42,860 bases of DNA from a virus (Duplodnaviria; Caudoviricetes). Under the pieces are notes generated by a model. The model was not told the DNA's origin. It worked only from the letters and a program-made list of their open reading frames with translations, and made no database searches. This document shows, one piece after another, positions 18,567 to 26,700 of the stretch. A program made the translations under genes and the position numbers. The DNA lies in IMG/VR virus record IMGVR_UViG_3300027804_000098, positions 1 to 42,860 of that record; one strand, 5' to 3'. How positions within the stretch are numbered: position 1 is the stretch's first letter; each line of letters starts with the position of its first letter.

Positions 18567-19068
18567 TTACAAATTAGATTCAATGTTTGAAATAAGAAAG
18601 TTCCTGTGGAGCAGACTTACAGCTCTGGATATATTTAATCAAGAAGACTACTACTCTGATAATCTAAATGAGACTCTCGTCCCAATTGTCCCAGTTCAGC
18701 AACAGCCAGAAATGAATCAATTTTTAAGCGGGAAGAAACACATAGTATACGATAAGATAGGGATGTCTTATGAGAACAACTGGATGATATGTTGCGAGCA
18801 AATCCTTCTAACCCTATATTCACCAGATCTACTTGATATTGTTGAAATAAGAAACTTCCTAACTGATGAGTTTAGAAGAATGGATGATTCTGCAAAGGAT
18901 GTCAATAAATGGGCGGGGCTGTCTAATAAATTCAAGTTTCATAGCATCCAAGTAGCAGAAATATCATCCACATCCCCATCAGAAGAGATACAAGGATTCT
19001 ATGCAGCAGATGTCATATTAGAGATAAAATACTCTAGGATATTAGATGGCAAAGGCAGATTTGCCTAA
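18559..19068 (+). CDS. Tail terminator-like protein
   Basis: 169 aa, immediately upstream of the tail tube gene. Confidence 0.6.
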   Translation: MANYKLDSMFEIRKFLWSRLTALDIFNQEDYYSDNLNETLVPIVPVQQQPEMNQFLSGKKHIVYDKIGMSYENNWMICCEQILLTLYSPDLLDIVEIRNFLTDEFRRMDDSAKDVNKWAGLSNKFKFHSIQVAEISSTSPSEEIQGFYAADVILEIKYSRILDGKGRFA

Positions 19069-19069
19069 T

Positions 19070-19098
19070 TTGCCTTTTATACTCTAGTAGAGTAAAAT
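19070..19098 (+). promoter_or_regulatory. Sigma70-type promoter for the tail tube gene
   Basis: TTGCCT-17 bp-TAAAAT; shares the ATTTGCCTTTT context with the promoter at 13439. Confidence 0.65.
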
Positions 19099-19170
19099 TA
19101 GACTAGAGGAAAGGGCCTAGCCAGCCAAATATATATATATCAATTTCATGAAATCAGGAGGCAATACAAC

Positions 19171-19932
19171 ATGGCATATCAAAATACAGGTGACGCAAGA
19201 AACATTCTTGTTGGTGCATCACCGCTATTCTTGTCAGTAGAAGACTCAACAGTTTCTGGTTATGATTCAAGCATGGATGCAGGCGAAGCAAACGCTTTCG
19301 TTGCATCAAAGAATCGTTTCGTACCAGCATTCTCATCAGGAGAGTCTTACACTACAACACTAAATAAAGTTTTAACAACAACAGGTGCTACTCAGACAGC
19401 AACGCCTACAGAGGCATCACCAGCAATTGGTGGAGCTTACCGTAACGTTGGTTACACAAATAACGGTCTACAGATCAGCTACCAGCCAACATTCGACTCA
19501 GTAACTGTTGATCAGTTGCTAGATACAGCTAAGCTGTTTAAGTCTGCAATGATGGTTCAGATCTCAACAGAAATGGCAGAAGGTACTCTAGAGAACGTTC
19601 TTGCAGTATTTGGTCAAAAGGGATCAACACTTACATCATCAGGAACTGGTGCAACAGCAGTTGACACACTAGGCTTGGAAGCAGGTGCACTTGGTGCAGC
19701 TCCAACAGAGCGTCAGCTAATTGCAGTTGGACAAGCTCCAACTTCAGAGGCATCAGCAACTGAGCGTGTATATTATGCACGTCGTGTTTTGTCTGTAGAA
19801 CAGTCACAGTTCTCTTTGGCTCGTACAGCAGCAACAACATTCCCAGTAACATTCCGTCTTCTACCATCAGGTGACGCAGCTCACGCTGGTTCAGAATACG
19901 GTAAGATTATTGACCGCGTTCTAACAGTTTAA
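19171..19932 (+). CDS. Major tail tube protein
   Basis: NILVGA...VGYTNNGLQISYQP...VDQLLD...EGTLEN...FPVTFRLLP; RBS AGGAGG; followed by a terminator, chaperone and tape measure. Confidence 0.85.
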   Translation: MAYQNTGDARNILVGASPLFLSVEDSTVSGYDSSMDAGEANAFVASKNRFVPAFSSGESYTTTLNKVLTTTGATQTATPTEASPAIGGAYRNVGYTNNGLQISYQPTFDSVTVDQLLDTAKLFKSAMMVQISTEMAEGTLENVLAVFGQKGSTLTSSGTGATAVDTLGLEAGALGAAPTERQLIAVGQAPTSEASATERVYYARRVLSVEQSQFSLARTAATTFPVTFRLLPSGDAAHAGSEYGKIIDRVLTV

Positions 19933-19951
19933 TTATTAATATAATTAATAT

Positions 19952-19979
19952 CAAAGCCCCCAAGAAATTGGGGGCTTTG
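19952..19979 (+). terminator. Intrinsic terminator after the tail tube gene
   Basis: CAAAGCCCCCAA-GAAA-TTGGGGGCTTTG, the same core stem as the capsid terminator. Confidence 0.8.
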
Positions 19980-19982
19980 CTG

Positions 19983-20011
19983 TTGTACCCTTATAATGGT
20001 TATGCTATAAT
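19983..20011 (+). promoter_or_regulatory. Sigma70-type promoter
   Basis: TTGTAC-17 bp-TATAAT with extended TG; RBS AAGGAGG downstream. Confidence 0.65.
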
Positions 20012-20039
20012 AATTTAGACGATCCTTAAGGAGGATAAA

Positions 20040-20372
20040 TTGGCAAGTACAGTATATGATGTAGAAGAGATTGAACTACAAAGCGGAGCTAAAGTAAAGC
20101 TCAAGCCATTATCAATCAAGCAACTACGAAAGTTTATGGAAGTAATTAAGAAAGTACAAGACGCAGAAGACGAGACAGCAACACTTGGTATTTTAGTTGA
20201 AGCATGTGGAGTAGCACTAGAAACTCAACTACCTGATCTTGTTGCAGACCTTGACAAGCTTGAAGATGCACTGGACGTTCCAACCATTAACAGAATCCTT
20301 GAAGTTTGCGGAGGAATTAAGATGGACGACCCAAACCTAATAGCGGCAGCGGTACTGGCTGGTCAGAACTAG
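20040..20372 (+). CDS. Tail assembly chaperone (gpG-like)
   Basis: Lies between tail tube and tape measure; TTG start with AAGGAGG. Confidence 0.8.
   Translation: MASTVYDVEEIELQSGAKVKLKPLSIKQLRKFMEVIKKVQDAEDETATLGILVEACGVALETQLPDLVADLDKLEDALDVPTINRILEVCGGIKMDDPNLIAAAVLAGQN
20330..20336 (+). other. Programmed -1 ribosomal frameshift heptamer C CCA AAC
   Basis: Fits X XXY YYZ in the chaperone frame; the -1 frame opens after TAA 20318-20320 and runs to 20710. Confidence 0.8.
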
Positions 20373-20710
20373 ATTTAGCCGCTTTAGAGGGACAAGTTTT
20401 TCTTTTAGGACATTGGAAGAATTACGAGGAGTTAGAAGATAATTTATCAATGCCAGAATTGATTCAGACCTTAACAGCAATGAATCAAAAAGAACATAAC
20501 CAGAGAAAGTTTGCAGCATCACTAAAAGGAATCCAATTAGATGATGAAGCAGAAGAAAAAAAAGAAAAAGGTTCTACCTTTGAAGATGTCCAAAGAAGGG
20601 CTCTAGGAATTAAATCATCAGCAGATGATATTGTTTCATTACAGGGACCATTCGCAGCAAAAGCTGGATTTGGAATAGGCGCAGGGTTAGGATACTCTAG
20701 GAGTAATTAG
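20330..20710 (+). CDS. Frameshifted C-terminal extension of the tail chaperone (gpGT-like)
   Basis: The -1 frame reads PKPNSGSGTGWSELDLAALEGQVFLLGHWKNYEELEDNLSMPEL... and is continuous with the listed ORF 20450..20710. Confidence 0.75.
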   Translation, partial: PKPNSGSGTGWSELDLAALEGQVFLLGHWKNYEELEDNLSMPELIQTLTAMNQKEHNQRKFAASLKGIQLDDEAEEKKEKGSTFEDVQRRALGIKSSADDIVSLQGPFAAKAGFGIGAGLGYSRSN

Positions 20711-23700
20711 TGGCTGACGAACAAATTGTAACCAGTATAGTCGCCAAAGCCGACTTGTCTAGCCTTGTGTCTGAAGTACACAGGGCTAGTGCTAGTCTTC
20801 AGCAACTCCAAAGAGAGTTACTTTCTTCAAACAAAGCAATTTCTTCTTCAACAAAATTAGCAAATAATTTATTTAGAGATACATTAACTGGTAGTGGACA
20901 ATTCTCTAGTCACTTCGTAAACCTTAATTCAGATGTAGATAAGTTTGGTAAAAACTTAGATGCTGGTAGATTAAAGCTTAAGAATTATTTCCAGACTTTT
21001 AGAGAACACGCTACTACCCAAAAGGGTATGATCAGGGAGCTTGCCAAAGAACAGGTAATGCTTCAAAATTCAGTACTGCAACCACTAGGCAGAAATGCTC
21101 AGGGGTTAATGCAGTACAATGTTATGATACCCAGAGGATTGGATGCTGTAAAGAATAGTGCACAGCTAGCTCGCATGGAACTTCAGATAATGAATCGTGC
21201 ACTGTCTGAAGGAGCAGGATCTTTAATTAACTGGGGTAAGAATACTCAGTGGGCAGGTCGTCAGCTTACAGTTGGACTTACAGTTCCTCTAACCATGTTT
21301 GGTTCTGCCGCAGGAAAAGCATTTAGAGAAGCAGATCAAGAGCTAGTAAGACTTACAAAGGTTTATGGTGGATTAGCTGCAACATCTGCAGCAGATTTAA
21401 AAGCAATTAGAGAAGAAGTAGTACAAACAGCAAAAACTTTGTCTCAAACAATGGGAGCTTCATTTAAAGATACAATTGCATTAGGTGCTGATATTGCAGC
21501 GACTGGCAAGATGGGTAACGATCTTTTAGAATCAATTTCAGAAACCACTAGACTTTCTATTTTAGGTGAAGTTGATAGGCAAGATGCTATGAAGGCAACC
21601 CTATCAATTCAAACAGCATTTAAACAGAACACAGAAGAGCTTACAGAATCAATTAACTTTTTAAACGCAGTTGAAAACCAGACATCAACTACACTTGCGG
21701 ATTTAGTGGAAGCAATTCCAAAAGCAGGTCCAGTAATTCAGCAACTAGGCGGAGACGTCAAAGACCTAGCTCTTTATTTGACAGCAATGCGAGAAGGTGG
21801 AATTAATGCATCAGAAGGTGCTAACGCATTAAAGTCTGGACTTGCATCTCTTATAAACCCAACAAAACAAACTGTCGGGATGATGTCAGACTTTGGCATA
21901 GATGTTATGGGTATGGTTGCAAAAAATACTGGAGACACAACAGGCTTATTAACAGACTTACAAAAAGCTTTAGACAGCCTTGACCCGTTAAGCAAAGCAA
22001 GAGCAATGGAGCAAATGTTTGGAAAATTTCAGTTTGCAAGAATGAGCGCATTGCTTAATAACCTAGGAAAAGAAGGAAGCCAGACTCTTCAAGTAATGGA
22101 TTTAATGAAAGCAAGTACATCAGACTTAGCTGGTATTGCTGAGCGAGAATTAGGTATGATTACAGAGTCTGCATCTGGTAAATACAGAAAAGCAATGGAA
22201 ACACTTAAAGCCACTCTGGCAGAAGTCGGTGAAGAGTTTTTAGGCGTTGCTACTAAGATTATCTCCGCTGCATCAAAGATTTTAAATTTCTTTACCGATT
22301 TGCCATCACCAATTAAAAAAGCTCTTACTTTTATGGCGGGATTTACAGCATTAGTTGGTCCACTAATTATGTTAACTGGTGTATTGGCAAACTTCTTTGG
22401 CTATATAACAAAGGGAATAGTCCAACTTAGATCTTTCTTTATGAGAGCAAGTGGTTGGAAAATGCTTACTCCAGAAATCATTGCTGCTCAAAAAGCAGCA
22501 GAGATGGTTGAGAATGCATTCTATTCTGACGCCGCCGCCGCACAAGTTTTACATAATGCTTTACAAAAACTTGTTTTAGATTATCAAAATCTTCAAGCTG
22601 CATCTATGAAAGGTGCTGTTCCAGTAAATCCAGGAGTTTCTACTGTTGCTGGAAATACAGTTGTTGCCGCTGGAAGAAGAGTTGTTGATCCTAATGATCC
22701 ATATGTTGGAGATCCTAACACTAGAGCGATGTCTCATATTAGACCAAGAGACCCAAATAATCCCGCAACAATATTTGGCGGGGTACCAGGAGCTATCCCA
22801 GTAAACAGAGGAATATCCAGAACACCTCAAATGTATATGCATGATAGACTTCCAAATATTGAAGGGCTAACAAGCGTAAAGAAAATATCTACAGGAATTG
22901 TTTCAGGAGAAGCAGCTAAATTCCATGCCTTGATGGCAACGCTAGGAATGCAGACAGAGCAAGAAATTGCAACACTGAAGAAAACAATTGCAATGGGTGG
23001 AACCGTAAGCAGAGAGCTTTTAGATACATTTGATGACATTCTTCCAATAACTCAAAGATTTGCAGACAGTGCAGCAACTCAAGCAGCCGCAATAGTTCAG
23101 CAAATGAGAAATGCAGAAATAACAGTTGAGCAAGCTAAGGCAAGAATACTTGCACTTAATGCACAGATAGAGGCAGATATGGGCTCTGCAGTAACGGCAT
23201 ATGCTGCTGGTCGAGGAAGAAGAATTGATTTAACAAGAGCTCCAATGATGGATCAACCAGTTGTTGATGCTAATGGACAATTTACACTTAGAGATTTATA
23301 CAAGAAAAAGGCAAATGCTTCTGTTATGGAAGAGTTTGGAAGACTTCGTGGAGTAAGAACATTTGGTGCACCATACAGTATTCAAACAACAAGAATGCCT
23401 AGGTTTAATGATGGTGGAGGAATTGAATCTTTTGGTCCAGGAAAAACTATTGTATCTGGTCCATCTTCTATTAGTTATGATGATAGACTCGGAAGCGTTC
23501 CAGTTGGTGGGTATGTATTAAATCAGTCAGCATCTATGGATCCAGCAAACGCACCTCTTGTTGCCATGGCTTCTGCTACATACGAAAATGGCGGAGAAAT
23601 AACAGCAGCACTTACACCACGGGAAACAGTATTTGGTCCTAAGATTCAAAGAATGCCTGAGTTGTACGCAGCAGTAGATGCAGCAAATAGCGGATATAAT

Positions 23701-26700
23701 TTTGGCGGGCAGATTATGAATGGCATTACTGGATATGGAAGACAAACAGATAAGACTCCTAATGGTATAAATAAAGCTGCATTTAAAAAACAATATAAGG
23801 AATATTTAAGATTTATTAATAATCCAAGATATGAAGATGATCTGAGAATGAGAATGATCATGCTTGATGCTTCTGAGCTAGTTGAGTATACTGGAATGTC
23901 TCCTGAAAAAGCTATTAGAGCTGCTTCAAGCAATTTTGATTTAGCAAAAGCATCTTCTGGAGGATCTTTAGAAAAATTTATTGAGCAAAGAATAAAGCAA
24001 GTCAAAGGACTTGAAAGAAGATATCCAGCATTAAAGCATCCAAATTCTGAAGCAACACGAACACCTTCAAGCAAAGGGCTAAATAATAATTTAAATAAAG
24101 TCAGAGATGCTATGATGAAGAGCCCAGCATTTAAAGATGTATGGGATTTAATTGAAAAAGTAACTCCAACAGCAATTAATCCAAACAGTAAGACACCTCT
24201 TCTGGATAGAAATGTAAGAGGACACTTGCTAAGACATGGTGAAATTGGGTATGCTACTAGAGGCCACATGGGTGTTGCAGCAGTACTTCCTCATGATATA
24301 AATAGCGTAATGGCTATACTACAAAAGATAGGAATATCTCCAGATGTTTTAAATTTGGATGCTTTGTCAGCAAGAAGAAGTCTTGAAACAGCACTAAAGA
24401 ATGTAGGGTTGTCAAAATTTGCTACTCCAGATGATATATTTACAGCATTACAAGATGATGGTTTATTTAAGAGCAAAGCTCAAATTGAATCTGGAAATGT
24501 AGTTAGAGCAAATAAAAAGCAGAGAAGCTCATTGAGTATGCTATTAGAGGCAGCGGCAGAAAGAAAAAGATGGGTGTTTAGAGGAAGACCTCCTATGCCA
24601 GTTCTACTTAATAAAGGTGGAATGATTCCAGGTGGTTCTATATCTTCAGATAGATTTTCATATGGAGTCCCTCCACTATCCCCAAGACTAGAGGCTATTA
24701 GATTAGCTCAACAAGCTAGATACGCTGAAAAGCGTAAAGCCGATATGATTAAGTACCCGTGGATTCAAGAAGCCGTAGCGGGAAGGAACAGGGGATCTAG
24801 TGTATCTCCATTATTAAAATTACTACCGCCAGAAAAAATGCTTGATGTTTTAACAAAAGCAAAAGCATTAAGCTCAAGAAGTGCACTAGGTTCGTTTGCT
24901 GATACACCAGTAACTGAATATGGACATCAAATTTCAGCCAGCTCTGGTATGAGCTATCCTATACCTGGAGTATCTGGAATGTATAAGGATGCAAAAGGGA
25001 AACTAGTTTTTGTTAAAGGTGTTCCTAATGAATTAACTGCAATCCATGAGCCATTGGGCACCGAACTTTCAAGGAGGCTTTTTAAATTACATTCCCCAGT
25101 TCAAAGACCTGTAACGGTTAATAATCCATTAGATCCAAGCAAGAAAAGCAAATTGCTTGCCCTAGAATCAGATTATGATCCACGCTTTGCAAAGACAGAT
25201 GTACCATGGGATGAAGATACAGTAATTAGACAGCTTGCTAATTCTCTTCTTATGAACAATAAAGACTTGTCTAGATCAAACGTATATGGTAATTTTAACC
25301 CAGATGTTGGACAAGCTGGAGTATTCCCTAAAGCATCTGGAAACACATCCCTTGCCGATGAAATGAATTCTATGGAAAAGCAAGCAATGATTAATCTACT
25401 TGCTGTTAAAGGCGGAGCAAGAAAAGATTTTGCACGTGATACTGCCGAAATAGTCCGTAAAATGACTCCTAAGCAATATGGTCGAAAAATGAAAAAGACA
25501 TTGGAGCAAGCTCGTCCAGAATTAGTAAACTTCATAAATGAATTGCCTGTAGGTCTTAGAAAACCTTATGAAGCAATGCTCAAAAGATTGGATGATGGAA
25601 TAGATGTTGATTGGAGCAAGTATCATTCCGTACATTCTAATCCAAAATATCTTAATGCTGGTGGTCCAGTTGGCGGCTCAATTAGACGAGGCAAACTTTC
25701 TTATGGTAGAAAAGGAAACCCAGCTGCAAGAGCAGCACAGGCAAGAGCAAGAGCAGAACGATCCGCATCTTACACTCCAAGCGGTGGTTCTTCATACACA
25801 GCAACTGGAAATCCTCAGATGCAGGTTGCTCGTGTTCCGTATGTTGGAGGTACTGGTGTAGCTGGTAATGCTTACGCTGGAATTCCTACTGCGTCTATGG
25901 CTAGAACTGTTAGCACAATGAGGCTTGCACAATTCCCTTATATGAATATGCCAACGATGCCTATGAATATTCCAGGAATTGGAAATACAGCAGCAATAAC
26001 ACAAGCATTTAAAGATGTATCAATGGCAATATCAAGGGGTGCAACAACACTAAGATATGGAATAATGACATCAGGCACTCATATTAAGCAGGCTTATGCA
26101 GAGTCTGCAAAATCTATGATGAACACTGCCAAGGCTGCTGCAATGTCAGCTAGAGCTGCTACAACATCTGCTATAACAGCAACATCTAACTGGGTTAGAA
26201 CAAAATCTAAAAACCTACAAATATCAATTTTAAGAGAGCAAGCTGCAGTTACAGCTAGACATTACCCTACTGGTGGATTTGATCCATATCAAAGATCTTA
26301 CTTTGGTCCTGGCCTTGTCAGTGACTGGAAAAACACTGGGCAAGACGGAGTACAAAAAAGAAAAGTAGGAAGCTTGGGATTTAGAAAAACTGAGTTTATG
26401 GTTGGCGACCAGCTTATGACAAGAAAGCAAGCACAAGCTGCTGGTATCTCAGTACCTGGAAGAGGACCCATGGGAATGGGCGCTCAAATGGGACTTGGAA
26501 TGGCTGGCTCAATGGGCGGTATGGCTTTGATGAGCAAAGAAAAAGTCAACATTGGAAAATACGAAATGTCAGGAATGTCTGCTGGTATGGGCGTTATGGC
26601 AGCAAGCAGCATTCTTCCATTCTTACCATATGCAAAAATGAGTGCAGGATTAAAGAGTGCAGCAACAGGTGCGGCTACTTTAGCAAAAGGATTTAACGCT

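Noticed and set aside
19143-19154. Palindrome ATTTCATGAAAT before the tail tube RBS
   Set aside because: Short, AT-rich and seen only once, so plausible by chance.
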